Part shown: positions 1 to 14,463 of the stretch, one piece after another
Position numbering within the stretch: position 1 is the stretch's first letter
How the letters are laid out: the number at the start of each line of letters is the position of its first letter
Made by a program: the position numbers and the translations under genes
Assembly (NCBI RefSeq): GCF_009914755.1
Contig: NC_060948.1
Reading direction: 5' to 3' (one strand)
Length of the DNA: 64,000 bases
From: the human T2T-CHM13v2.0 reference genome, Homo sapiens
The notes under the pieces: generated by a model
What the model was told of the DNA's origin: nothing
What the model saw: the letters and a program-made list of their open reading frames with translations, nothing else
Database searches by the model: none

Positions 1-1129
1 TTGTTTCATTGCTGGCGAGGAGCTGTGATCCTTTGAAGGAGAAGAGGTGCTCTGGTTTTTGGAATTTTCAGCTCTTCTGCTCTGTTTTCTCCCCTTCTTT
101 GTGGTTTTGTCTACATTTGGTCTGTGATATTGGTGACCTACACATGGGATTTTGGTGTGGATGTCCTTTTTGTTGATGTTGATGCTATTTCTTTCCATTT
201 GTTAGTTTTCCTTCTAACAGTCAGGGGCCTCAGCTGCAGGTCTGTTGGTGTTTGCTGGAGGTCCACTCCAGACCCTGTTTGCCTAGGTATCACCAGCAGA
301 GGCCAAAGAACAGCAAATATTGCAGAACAGCAAATATTTCTGCCTGATCATTCCTCTGGAAGTTTTGTCCCAAAGGGGCACCCATATGTATGAGGTGTCT
401 GTCAGCCCTACTGGGATTGTCTCTCAGTCAGGCTACATGGGGGTCAGGGACTCACTTGAGGAGGCGGTTTGTCCTTTCTCAGAGCTTGAACACTGTGCTG
501 GGAGAACTACTGCTCTCTTCAGAGTTGTCAGACAGGGACGTTTCAGTCTGCGGAAGTTGTGTGCTGCCTTTTGTTCAGCTACTCCCTTCCCACAGAGGTG
601 GAGTCTGGAGAGGCAGTAGACTTTGCTGAGCTGCAGTGGGCTCTGCCCAGTTCAAGCTTCTTGGCCACTTTGTTTACCTACTCAAGCCTCAGCAATTGTG
701 GATTCCCCTTCCCCCGCCAGGCTACAGTGTCACAGGTCAATCTCAGACTGCTGTGGTATCAGTGAGCAAGGATCCATGGGCGTGGGACCCACCAAGCCAG
801 GCATGGGAGGGAATCTCCTGGTCTTTCGGTTGCTAAGACCATGGGAAAAGTGCAATATTTGGACAGGGAGTGTACCGTTCCTCCAGGTACAGTCTGTCAC
901 GGCTTCCTTTGGCTAGGAAAGGGGAAATCCCCCAACGCTTTGCACCTCCCGGGTGAGGCAACACCCGCCCAGCTTTGGCTCACCCTCTGTGGGCTGCACC
1001 CATTGTCCAACCAGTCCCAGTGAGATGAACCAGGTACCTCAGTTGGAAATGCAGAAATCACCCATCTTCTGCGTCAATCTTGCGTGCAGAACAGAGCTGT
1101 TCCTATTCGGCCATCTTGGACGTGACTCC
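1..1129 (-). mobile_element. L1PA (L1PA7/8-like) 5' UTR and start of ORF1; element continues left of the window
   Basis: Reverse strand begins GGAGTCACGTCCAAGATGGCCGAATAGGAACAGCTC (L1 5' end). ORF1 start codon is mutated (ATG>AAG at about 94-96). Confidence 0.93.
1109..1118 (-). promoter_or_regulatory. YY1 site of the L1 internal promoter
   Basis: CAAGATGGCC on the minus strand at the L1 5' end. Confidence 0.7.
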
Positions 1130-1604
1130 GAGAGATTGTTTACTTAACCTTTTTATGAAGCTAAGTATTTTGACATGATGTGTATATTGACTTGAGACAT
1201 GACTTTTTTTCAAGTCATATTATTCCCTGATTTGGAAGGTTTCAATGTGCATAAAAATATAGATACCCAAATAAGAACTTATTTACTTTTTATTGTATTA
1301 TTTAGAACCTCTGTTATTTTTCCATTCATTGTAACTCTTTGCTCTTATTAGAAATCCTTTGTAGAAATGATTGCTGAAATCTGGTCTTCAAGTAATTTGA
1401 ACATTGAAAAATCATTTAACATTTTACATTCTTAGTTGTGTGTATGAAATAAAGTAATGATAGAAACAACAATGACCTAATGTCTCTGACTTGACAGTTT
1501 TTCAATCACACCTTCTTCATGGTTTGGATGTAGACAAAGGTAAACTCTAGGTCATTGAAATACCACAGATCTGCTCAAAAAAGTAAAAAAATGGCAGCTG
1601 ATTA

Positions 1605-1630
1605 TACACACACACACACACACACACACA
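1605..1630. repeat. (CA)n microsatellite
   Basis: direct. Confidence 0.95.
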
Positions 1631-1941
1631 ACAATCACACAGATCATCTGTCTACTTTAGTGATAATTGCTAACATAACTTATTAAGTTGAAGTAAATAA
1701 AGTTTTGGTAAACTGAATGCTTCAGTTGAAACCACTAGGGGGTCATTACAGAATATAATTTTACCAGAGACCTGGTGGATGTAGTTGGAGTACATCCTAG
1801 TGCTCCTTTTTCAATATGCACCTTCATGCAGATCTTTCAAACCAACTGATTTCACAGACCACCATCAATGGTGACCAATGGAGATCAATACTTGCTAAAT
1901 TTTGGAAATAAAATAGTAATGGAACTTAGAATCTAGCTATA

Positions 1942-2292
1942 TGTATTTGCTAGTGCTGCCATAACAAAGTCCCACAGAATGTGCGACCTAAACAACATTT
2001 ATTCTCCTACAGTCCTGGAGACTAAAAGTCTGAGATCAAGGTGTCACAGGGCTACTTCCTCCTAAGCCCTCTCCCCTTGGCTTGTAGATGCCATCTTCTC
2101 CCTGTGTCCTCATGTGGTTGTCTCTCTCTGTGTCTGTGTCCCAATCTCTTCTTATAATGATGCCAGTCCTGTTGGATCAGGGCCTACCCTAATGACCTCG
2201 TTTTGTTTTAATTGGCACTTTAAAGGACCTATCTCCAAATACAGTCACTGTCTGAGGTACTGGGCTTTAAGACTTTAATATGTGTGTTTGGG
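1942..2292 (-). mobile_element. MLT1 (MLT1B/C-like) MaLR LTR
   Basis: gctgccataacaaag...gagatcaaggtgtc...ctccaaatacagtcac.ctgaggtactggg. Confidence 0.85.
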
Positions 2293-2447
2293 GTAAATGC
2301 TGCTTACATGAAAATGGAGGCAAAGTAATGTCAAACAAACAATCCAAATACAGTCACTTTCTGAGGTACTGGGCATTAGGACTTTAATATGTGTATTTTA
2401 GGTAAATGCTGCTTCCATGAAAATGGAGGCAAAGTAATGCCAAACAA
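2234..2447 (+). repeat. Tandem duplication, 2 x 105 bp (period 109)
   Basis: 2234-2338 vs 2343-2447, about 8 mismatches. Confidence 0.95.
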
Positions 2448-2493
2448 TTGGTGAAATTTTTATCAAACAGCTTGTGTCAGACATACCACTGGT

Positions 2494-2865
2494 GAAAATG
2501 TACCATATATATACACAATGGAATACTACGCAGCTATAAAAAAGAATGAGATCACATTCTTTGCAGAAACATGGATGGAGTCCTTAGCAAACTATCATAG
2601 GAACAGAAAACCAAATACTGCACATTCTCACTTATAAGCAAGAGCTAAATAATGAGAACACATGGACACTTGGGGAGGAACGACACACACTGGGGTCTAT
2701 TGGAGGGTGGAGAATGGTAGGATGGAAATAATCAGGAAAAATAACTTAATACTAGCCTTAATACCTAGGTGATGAAACAACCTGTACAATACACCCTCAT
2801 TACACACTTTTACCTATGTAACAAACTTGCACATACACCTATGAACTTAAAAGTTAAAAAAAGAA
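2494..2865 (+). mobile_element. L1 3' end fragment (old L1PA/L1PB)
   Basis: atggaatactacgcagctataaaaaagaatgagatc...acctatgtaacaaac...gaacttaaaagttaaaaaaa. Confidence 0.9.
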
Positions 2866-3067
2866 GGAACATGTAGAATATAAATTTTATTCTTTTCTTT
2901 TTAAATAACTTATAGTAAATAAACCTCAACAGCAGACTTCACATATTTTTATACTGTTGTTAGTAATATTTTCTCCTTCATTTTGTTTCCCATTCCCATG
3001 TCTTTTCCCAGATCATACCTGCTTTCAGTATTTACTACTGAAATAACAGAATTGAACACAAACCTAT

Positions 3068-3890
<823 letters not shown>

Positions 3891-4342
3891 CCTCTTCTAA
3901 CAAGTATAAAAGGTCCATCCTCCTGCCTTCCAATCATTCACTATCTGCTCCCAGACTGCCAGTTTTAAACTTCCATTATTGATCATCAAATGCTTTAATA
4001 AACTTTCCTTGTGCTAATTTCCAATTTACTTTCAATTCTGTAACCAACCTATTGCAAATTGCACAATAAAGACATATTTTGACACTTTCTATTTCTCAAG
4101 TTTAGCTCTATCTCAGCAAGATTAAGACAGGTGAAGAGGTGAGTTTTTTGGTGTAAATGACCTTCTAAACTCCAAGGAATGGGTTATAAATGGAGACTTT
4201 TAAGTAAAAACTTTAAAACATTGCTTTATCACCACTGGTGAATTAATCTCAATATCATACAATATTTAACATTATTTTTCATGAAACAGAATTTTGGAAA
4301 TAGGAAATACATATGTTCCCATTTACAATATTTATCATACTG

Positions 4343-4675
4343 ATTTTTTAAACTTTTAAGTTCAGGGGTGCATGTGCAGGACTATTACATGGGTAAATGC
4401 ACATCTTTCATCATGCAGGTAGTAAGCCTAGCACCCATTAGTTATTTTTGCTGATCCTCCCCCTCCTCCCACCTTCCAGTAGGCCACAGTGTGTGTGTTG
4501 TTCTCCTCTGTATGTCCCTGTGTTCTCATCATTTAGCTCCCACTTGTAAGTGAGAACTTGTGGTATTCAGTTATCTATTCCTGCATTATTTGCTAAGGAT
4601 AAAGGCCCACAGGCTTCATCCATGTTCCTGCAAAAGACATGATCTTGTTCTTCTGTTATGGCTGCATAGTATTCA
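4343..4675 (-). mobile_element. L1 3' end fragment (old L1PA)
   Basis: ttaagttcaggggtgcatgtgcagg...catttagctcccacttgtaagtgagaac. Confidence 0.9.
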
Positions 4676-4849
4676 CGCTGCTTTTAATATAAGAAATACA
4701 TGCCCTGAACATATATTTTGCATATTTAGTTACCACATAAAACTCAGGATATAGATTCTGATTATGTCTATTGTAGAATCCTGCAACTTACAGTGTTTTT
4801 AAAAATTTTTCCATCATTCTCATGTTTTGCTTTAAAACTTTACAGAGAA

Positions 4850-5167
4850 GACTAGGCATGGCGACTCACGCCTGTAATCTCAGCAGTTTGGGAGGCTGAG
4901 GTGGGTGGATCGTTTGAGTTCAAGAGCTTGAGACCAGCCTGCCCAACATTGTGAAACCTTGTCTCTACTAAAAAATAAGAAAATAAAAAAGTTAGGTGGG
5001 CATGGGGGTGGGTGCCTGTAGTCCCAGCTATTCAGGAGGCTGAGGCAGGAGAACCACTTGAACCTGGGAAGTGGAGGCTATAGGGAGCTGGGATCATGCC
5101 ACTGCACTCCACCCTGGGTGACAGAACGAGACAGTCTCTAAACAAATAAAAACAACAAACCAACAAC
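4850..5167 (+). mobile_element. Alu (AluJb/old AluS)
   Basis: Full Alu; perfect 16-bp TSD aaaactttacagagaa (4834-4849, 5168-5183). Confidence 0.95.
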
Positions 5168-6171
5168 AAAACTTTACAGAGAAAATGAAAAGTAACCACT
5201 GTTGATAATTTTCCTCCTCACCATTAGGCATGATTATTCGAATTCTCTCATCATCTAGGATATAGAAGTAAAAAACGTACAAATCACCAAATTGCTAATA
5301 AAACTGTAGGAATTATTTATATGTGTTCTTTTCATGTCTCAAGCAGAGAAACTGCATCTCTACAGGTTTCAGCACATTTATCCAGAGTTGTTATGATAAA
5401 TTTTCCAAAATGATCCGAAATTGCTGGTCCACAAATTCCTTTAAGATTTGTAAAACCTCAAATGTAAATGCAATGTATTTGTATGTGATGGTTTGACTAC
5501 TCAAGCTTTATCACAAAAGATACCTGTATTTATTTTAAAACATTTTAATAATGTACTTACAGAAGATGTTGCAAAAAAATGCTTCAGAAAAAAAGAAGAG
5601 AAGAAAGAAAAACAAACACCAGATTCCAATCCCCCTATTATGCAACTTACAATTTTTTCATTTTTTCAGGAGCAGTCCATAGCTTTTTTGAACCCTCAAT
5701 ATGTCCAGTGTGTTTAATGGCTCTGCCAATCTAGGAAGGAGAGAATCAACAAGAGCAGAAACGTCCTCTACTTGGTCATTTAATTAAAGATAATAAAAGA
5801 CCATTTTGCTTCTTCACAGGCTTGAGTAAGCAGCATGGAATACTGTAATAGCGATTATTAAATGTTTAAATATCATGCTTAAATTTCTGATTTGGGTTAT
5901 TATTTTTCAATTTTAAACAGTGCATAGTGACCCTCCCTGTAGATGGCAATATTATTCAAAACACAACATCACCTTTTATCTTCAGGAGATTTGCTGTGCA
6001 TTACAGGTGAAGTGAGATTGTGTCACAGACATAATATTAAATACATATATTATTTTATATACTTGGGGAATTGGATTTTGGAGATATGGAAAAAAAGACT
6101 GAATAAAACTGGCAAAATCTTGACAATTGTTGAAACTTGGTAAATAAACCTAATAGACAGAAAGATGCTAG

Positions 6172-6310
6172 ATGTTTTTTTCTGATTCTCTCCCAACTCC
6201 TACCTTCCAATCTCAAGTAGTCCCCAGAGTTTCCCTATATAACAAACCTGCACATGTACCCTGAACCTAAAATAAAAGTTAATACAAAAATAAATAAATA
6301 AAATAAAAAG
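6172..6310 (+). mobile_element. Short L1 3' end with an apparently inverted 5' piece
   Basis: About 6172-6232 matches L1 3' UTR on minus; about 6233-6310 is the terminal aacaaacctgcacatgtaccctgaacctaaaataaaag plus A-tail on plus. Confidence 0.7.
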
Positions 6311-7236
6311 TGCTTCTGTTTTCCTTACATGTGTAAAACAAAACAAAGATCTTAGATAGACAGATAAATGATAGATTGATAGACATCTTGTGTGGTTGAA
6401 CAAGTGGGCAAAGATAAAACGTGCATCCAATTCCATATGACTTAGTGGATGTTTGTGTTTATTTTTATTTATTTTTTTGATGTCAGAAATCAATATATTA
6501 CAAAAGAAAGTTGTTTTCCCACTGTTCACTGATTTATTGTCTACTTTTGAATTTGTATAAAAACAACCAATGGTTGATACATGGAGGAAAATCTGGAACA
6601 TGTTCTACATTACTGTTACTTAGAAAATAATAATAAATATCATTGCTTAGCTATGTAGATGATAGTTTTATTTAAAGGTTTAAGTCAATGAATCACCTAG
6701 TTACAACACAGTGTATGACACCAAGCTGCAGGAAGGCCTAGTACATATTTCTTGGATGCCTGGATTAGGGGAATATTTTGGAAGTGGTTTGTAAAATGGA
6801 TTAAAGATGATATAATGAGCACATGGGCTGAGGGAGTGGAGATAAGGGACTTGAGTGGTGTGCTCATGCACTACTATGCACAACAGTTATGCAACATGAA
6901 CAGATGAGTCCATCCTAGTGAGTAGAAATGGGTCAAGCATCTGTGAACCTCAAACTGCACTATCTGTGTGTGCTTTTAAAGTGTACAACAGCATCGGACA
7001 GACAGCCTGTCAAAAATTGCTGAACATGAATATCCTTTGTTTGCCATATCTGATAATGAAAAAAAGCAAAATTTTGTAGCACTACATGGATTATATGGAT
7101 GTGCGTGTGTGTGTGTACGTGTGTGCACGAATGCGTACACAAGCTTATGCATCTGTGATAGCCTTTCAAATCAAGTCAAAAATATTTTATTTATATTCTT
7201 ATTCTATAAATTATTTATAATGTGTGAATTTATATT

Positions 7237-7820
7237 TGTTATGTTCTGAATTCTAAATTTTGGGTGCATACACACCCAAAATTTCTATGTCAGAGCCTTA
7301 ACCCCCAGAACCTCAGAATGTGATTATATTTGGAGACAGAATCTTTAAAGAGGTGATTAATGTACAAGGAGGTCACTAGGGTGGGCCCTGATGCATGCAA
7401 TAGGACTGGTGTCCTTGTAAGAAGAGGACATGAGGATACAGACACACACAGAAGGACAATCCTTTGAGGACTCTTCAAGAGAAGATCTCTTGAAGCCAAG
7501 GAGACAGGCCTCAGGAGGAATCAGCCCTGCTCATGCCTTAATCTTAGATTTCCAGCCTCCAGGGCTGTGAGAGAATCAATGTCCGTTGTTTATAAGCCAC
7601 CCAGTCTATGGTATCCTGTTATGGCAGCTCGAAACAGACTAAGACATCGCATAAGAAGAGGAGATGAGGACACACCCACACACAGAGTGACAACCAGGTG
7701 AAGAAACAGGGAGAAGACAGCATCTATAAGACAAAGAGAGAGGACTCACAACTCTGGGAGAATAAATATCTGTCCTTTAAGCTGCTTAGTCTGTCATCCT
7801 TTGTTACAGTAGCCCCAAGA
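7237..7820 (+). mobile_element. MLT1B-like LTR followed by a tandem partial second unit
   Basis: First unit ends gactaagaca (about 7645); second starts cataagaagaggagatgaggacaca. Confidence 0.85.
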
Positions 7821-7860
7821 GTAAAAAAGGTCCACATTATCCCAATGTATTATTTACAGG

Positions 7861-8052
7861 AGATACTATATATGTATAAATACATATATACATATGTATA
7901 GATACTATATATACACATATATAGATACTATATATATACATATATAGATACATATATATACACATATATATACTATATATATACATATATATATACATAT
8001 ATAGATACTATACATATACATATGTATAGATACTATATATGTATAAATACAT
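7861..8052. repeat. (TA)-rich tandem array with repeated agatactatatat core
   Basis: direct. Confidence 0.9.
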
Positions 8053-8919
8053 TCTTTTAAAAATTTTCAATATCCAGTCATTCCTGGATATTGAGTGACA
8101 TCTTGTAAGAGCTTTCTTGCTGTTGGGGACTAACTAAAACATCCCTAGGCAGGGCAGGGAATTTTGTAGTAATCTAGTGTTTCTTCATTAATTAAGAAAT
8201 CAATAAGAGAAAATATATAAGATTATTATGCTAGTATTAGAAGGCATCTTTTTCATTTAGAATGTATCCATAATATAGTTAAGATTATACAAATTTAAAG
8301 TGTAATCCTTACTTAGTCCACAGGTACTTATTATTTGAATTTAATAAATGTGTTTTTATAATCAGGTATGTTCTACATTAATCACAATGTAGGTCAGTAT
8401 AAAAAGATGGTACTCTGAAGAAAATATTCATGGTGCTAAAATTTTATCTTTCCTTAGAAATAATATTTTTTAATCATCTTGAAATATTCAGACTAGAATC
8501 CTGATCTGTTTTGCTGAAGTGATGAGACAGACAAAAAGAAGAATGTGATATTAAGTGGCCTGCTGTCAGAAATATGTAGTAATTAGTTTTTGTAATGATG
8601 TCTAGAATAATACACATCACTTAAAAGAGGAAAGATAAAATATTAAAAATATTTTTTAAAAAGCCCACATGTCAGAGGAAACTATGATATTTTAAGATAC
8701 CTTGTGGATGTGAAATGTACCAGTCACAAAAATAAGTGGAATAAATAAAAACATGAGTTACTTATATTAGAAAAATTATAAAGAAATATTTCTTTGTTTT
8801 AAGCAACCAAACTTGTAAATGTCGAACCTATGTAATAATCCTAGATGAAAATAGATCTCACTAAGATTTAGCATTGATTGCTAAGGATAATTACACATTT
8901 TATGTGTTAAATATACATA

Positions 8920-9920
<1,001 letters not shown>

Positions 9921-9949
9921 TTACGATTAAGAATTATTTTGTTTTTTAA

Positions 9950-10086
9950 CATTTTTTTAATTTTTTTTTTGGTAGAAATGCTCTATCACTGTGTTGCCAG
10001 GGCTGGTCTCAAACTCTTGGTCTCAATCCTCCCACTTTTGCTTCCCAAAGTGCAGGGATTACAGACATAAGCCAGTACTTCTAGCC
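9950..10086 (-). mobile_element. FLAM / AluJ left monomer
   Basis: ggctggtctcaaactc...cccaaagtgcagggattacag. Confidence 0.85.
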
Positions 10087-10261
10087 AACATTATTTTCAA
10101 CCGTGTACATATACTAAAGAATTACTCCCAAATTAGACATGACTCACTAAACCCTGGATGAGGACCTATTAAAGATGGTCCTCCTAGGTGAAAGGTAATA
10201 TCTGAGTTGGAGAGAAAGCAGTGCCTTATTTTTCTAAACCTGAAAGACAATGGTTGGCAAG

Positions 10262-10680
10262 TGAATTAGTCCATTTTCTATTGCTTATAACAGAATAGGG
10301 AAATTAATATTTAAAAAATAATTTATTTATCACAGTTATGGAAGTGAAGATGTCCCAAGTTGAGGAGTGGTATCTTGTAAGAACTTTCTTGCTGTTGGGG
10401 ACTCATTGAAAATCACCAGGCAGTACAGGGCATCCTATGTTGAGGGGTCTGAGTGCGCTGGCTCAGTTCTCTCTCTTCCCCTCTTATTGTGCCATGAGTC
10501 GTACCCCTGTGATAAACCAACAATTCATGAACCTATGAGTCCATGACTTAGCAAATTCTTTCATTCATGTGGAGCCCTCATCACACAAATAGCTCTCCAA
10601 GGCCATATCCATCAACCTTGTCACATAGAGGATTATGCTTTAATATGAGTTTTGGAGCAGACAAATATTCAAAACATAGT
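10262..10680 (-). mobile_element. MSTB-like MaLR LTR
   Basis: ttagtccattttctattgcttataacagaata...tgagttttggagcagacaaatattcaaaacatag. Confidence 0.8.
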
Positions 10681-11004
10681 GGATTTGAAAATAGTGATGA
10701 TGTTTGCACAGCACTGGGGAGGAGAAAAAGAGGAAAAAGGTAAGTAAATTCAGGTGTCATGGAGACTTAAAAGGAAGAGTTTCTAGAGTTTGACAGTGTG
10801 AAAAAAATTGGAGCAGGGTTGAGGGACAGCTTTAAAATAATGAAAACTTTGGAATATTTTACAACTAAACTATTAAATCTGTTACTTTAGTATATTATTG
10901 AAGATTCTTCAGAGAGATAGAATCAATAGGATATAGAGATAGATAATACAGATATAGATATAAGAGGATAGACATATATTTAGAGATATAGAGATAAAGA
11001 TATA

Positions 11005-11332
11005 GGTTGGGTGTGATGGTTGATGCCTGTAGTCCTAGCACTTTGGGTGACCAAAGCAGGAGGATCCCTCGAGCCCATAGTTCAAAAACAGCCTGGGCCA
11101 TATGGCAAAGCCCCATCTCTAGAAAAAATGCAAAAACTAGCCAGGTGTCTGGGTGCATACCTATAGACCCAGGTATGCACCAACATACCTGGGACTGCAG
11201 GTTTGTTGTAGTCTGAGGTGAGGCTGAGGTGAAGGGATGGCTTCAAACTGGGAGGTTGAGGCTGCAGTGAGCCAAGATCACACCACTGAACTCCAGTTTA
11301 GGCTATATAGCAAGAGCCTGTCTCCAAAAAGA
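11005..11332 (+). mobile_element. AluJ with an internal fold-back rearrangement
   Basis: Alu arms; TSD aaagatata (10996-11004, 11333-11341). Confidence 0.9.
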
Positions 11333-11681
11333 AAAGATATATTGATTACAGATATAGATAAAGTTAGCTATTTATAGGCATAGATATAGATGTATAAGAG
11401 GAAACTTAAAGGGGGATTGGCTCATGCAGTTATGGAGGATGAGAAGTCCCACCACAAGCTATGTCAAGTCAGAGAACCAGGGAGCCCAGGAGCATGGCTC
11501 AATTCATTTCCGAATATCTCATAACTAGGGAAGCTGAAGGTGTAACTCTCATTCCGAGGCTAAAGGCCTGAGGACCTGTGAGGTAACTGGTATAGTCCTG
11601 GAGTTCAAAAGCGAGAGAACCTGGAATTCTGTTGTCTAAGGGAAGGAGAAGTGTATCCCACCTCCAGCTTTAGGAGGAAGA

Positions 11682-11683
<2 letters not shown>

Positions 11684-11736
<53 letters not shown>

Positions 11737-11747
11737 TGTCTGTCTGT
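11684..11747. repeat. (TG)n then (TCTG)n microsatellite
   Basis: direct. Confidence 0.95.
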
Positions 11748-13059
11748 ATTTTTTTCGGCCTTTTTTGTTTTTCTAGCTGGGCCCTTAGCCAATTGAGTGA
11801 TATTTCCACACACAGAAAGTAGATCTTCTTTACTCAATCTCCTGATTTAAAAGGCAGTCTTTTCTGGAAACTCTCTCACAGGTACACCCAGAAATAATGC
11901 TTGACCAGGTATCTGGGTAACCCTCAATCCAGTCAAGTTGACACTTAAAATTAATTAACTACCACCATTCAGTACATAAACTTAGTCTGATGCATTAACA
12001 AATAAAATCAATGTTTTTTTTTTTCTAGGAAGGTTGTTTGAAACTATCAGGTATAATAGATCATACTACTAACCTAAAGCTACCAAAGATCAATATTGAT
12101 TCTTGATTAGAAGAAATTTAATGAAGTGATTTTTTATAGTGGTAATTAGTGCACAATGTTTTGCTGTAAGTTTTCTGAAACACTGTTCAGTTGTACTTAC
12201 TTTTATCCAAGATGAAAGATAGTCCTTAATTGTCTTTTAGACTGATTTAGTACTTAATATTTTATATCTTATTTTCAAACTATGGTAATAAAAATATTCT
12301 TATATACATGAAAATAAACAAATCAATGGAAATATCCTAATTTTCATCCCTTATCATTGTACTGAATCCTTAGTTTATTGGGAAGAATAATTTATAAAAA
12401 CCCTAAACCCCTTAGTGAGTAGTAGAAGATAATGTAACAAAATGAAAACTATTTGTAGGTTATTACTTTATGTCTAAATATTTCATGAATAAACATTCAT
12501 GAATGTAAAATAATCACTAAAAAACCAGCAATATATTTCTAAAGATAACCTACCAAACATGATAAACTCCAAATCATCTTTCATTTTTTCCTTTCTACCC
12601 ACAGAAATATGAATATCTGTAAAGTTTTGAGGTGAATATTTCATTTCCCAATTAACTAGTGTCTTGTTTTGATATTGAAGAATGAGCTCTTTTTCTACTT
12701 CACTTGAATTGACAAGTTCATGGATGGGAAGGTGTCACCTGCAACCTCCTTGCAACAGCACATGTGCTTAAGGAAGTTTGTCTTTGAAGAGATGGTCCTT
12801 CAACACTAGGCTGCAACTGACCTACCTTTTGCAATAGGAAGTGGCTGCCCTGTGGCCCCATGTGTCTTCTCTGGGCATCATGCCCATAGTGTGTTACCAG
12901 AGGAGGCCTAAATCCTTTTGGTCTCCCCTATATATCAGGGAATAGTATGTGTTATTTGCCTGCAATGTTCTCCCTCCAGGTTTTCCCAGAGCGGGTTCCT
13001 TCTCTTTCTTCAATTCTGAGTCAACATCTCCAGTCCAATGGCTCTATAAGGAGTAATTT

Positions 13060-13226
13060 TTCCTCTCAAATTTCTCATCATGATTATGGATTTATTTGCT
13101 TCTTTAATGTATCTCTCCTCCCAGTAGGCTGTTGGCCAAAAAGATTGGGAATTCATAACTCTCTCACTAGCGTTTTGAATAGTAAAGGGAAATTGACAGT
13201 GATGAAGAATATCTGTTGAATGAATT
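13060..13226 (+). mobile_element. Degenerate L2 3' end
   Basis: tgtatctctcctccc...aatatctgttgaatgaat terminus. Confidence 0.45.
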
Positions 13227-13309
13227 CACAAAAGAAATTCAGTGTTAATTAATACAGCCAGATAGAGGTTAAAAATGAAATCAATCACTAAAGGACAGAA
13301 TGCAGATAG

Positions 13310-13686
13310 GCATTCTGACAATTGCCTAACAATGTGTCTTCAGACAATTTGATTGCTGTGCAAATATCATAGACTATGCTTATACAAACCTGAATAGCAT
13401 AGCTGATCACATATTTAGGCTATATGTTATGGTGTATTTTCTACCTGGTTACTCACTTGTACAGCCTGATACTCCTCTGAATACTGTAGACAATTGCAGC
13501 TCAGTGATAAGTATTTGTATACCTAAAAAAAAAATGAACACAGAAAAAGTAATGTGTTGCTCTATGATGCTGCAATGACTGCATGTCACTAGACTAAAGG
13601 AATTTTTCAGCTTTGTTACAATCCCCTGGGCCCACATCATTTATGTGCTCTATTATCAAAATATTGTTATGTGGTACATGACTGTA
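13310..13686. mobile_element. Tigger3/MER7-family DNA transposon
   Basis: tacaaacctgaatagcatagc...ctgaatactgtagacaattg...gtggtacatgactg TA end. Confidence 0.8.
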
Positions 13687-14463
13687 ATTTAAATATGTAT
13701 GCTGCTGATAGAAACTCTGCCTAAATCAAAAGTGTACCTACATTTAAACTATGACTACATTAGATACATACCAACAAACAGACATGCACTGGTAAAATAG
13801 TGATGATAAGATGGTTTTTCTATTGTGATTTTTATATTATCATGTTATTCTTTTTAGCATAATTTAGCAAGTTTGTTATTTCTATAATGTTTATATCTTT
13901 AGTTAAAATATATCTCATTCTAAGTTTTTATTTAAAAGAATGAACATCTTTTATTTTCTGGTTGTTAATGACCTTTGACCCATGGATAAGACCTGAAAGT
14001 CCCTTATCTACTCTATATTATTCTACTGCATTTATCTCCCCTGACATTTAAATTACATAATATTTTTTAATTGTTTCACAGCCTGTTGGTCTTATGTAGG
14101 GACGATTCTGCTTGAACAGCAGTAATCTGTTTTATTTCATCATGGTGAAACACAACAGATAAAATAAGCTTCAGCGAGTGCTTGTCAAGAAATATAAAAG
14201 GTACTAAAAAATTGTGAACCACATCAGCTTATCTAGGTGGTAATGCAATGGCAGCTTATAGAAGGTTTCTAACATCCCCATCATTCCACATCTGGCACAT
14301 GTGTATTCACAAAGGACTAAGCTAAAGTCCACCTGAAAAGACCACCTCAATTTAGGTGAATGAAATCAGAAATATTTACCAAATCAACTGTAAATGCCAA
14401 ATATTTACCAATCATATACCATATGTAAATAAAAGATGAGGGTAAGGCACCTCATCTTTTATG

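Larger units (their letters stand above)
10890..11965 (-). mobile_element. MLT2 (MLT2B-like) ERVL LTR, interrupted by an Alu and (TG)n
   Basis: attggctcatgcagttatggaggatgagaagtccc...cacccagaaataatgc...ccagtcaagttgacac. Confidence 0.85.

Noticed and set aside
6200-6601. 133-aa minus-strand ORF
   Set aside because: Low-complexity AT-rich sequence plus an L1 tail; no homology recognised.
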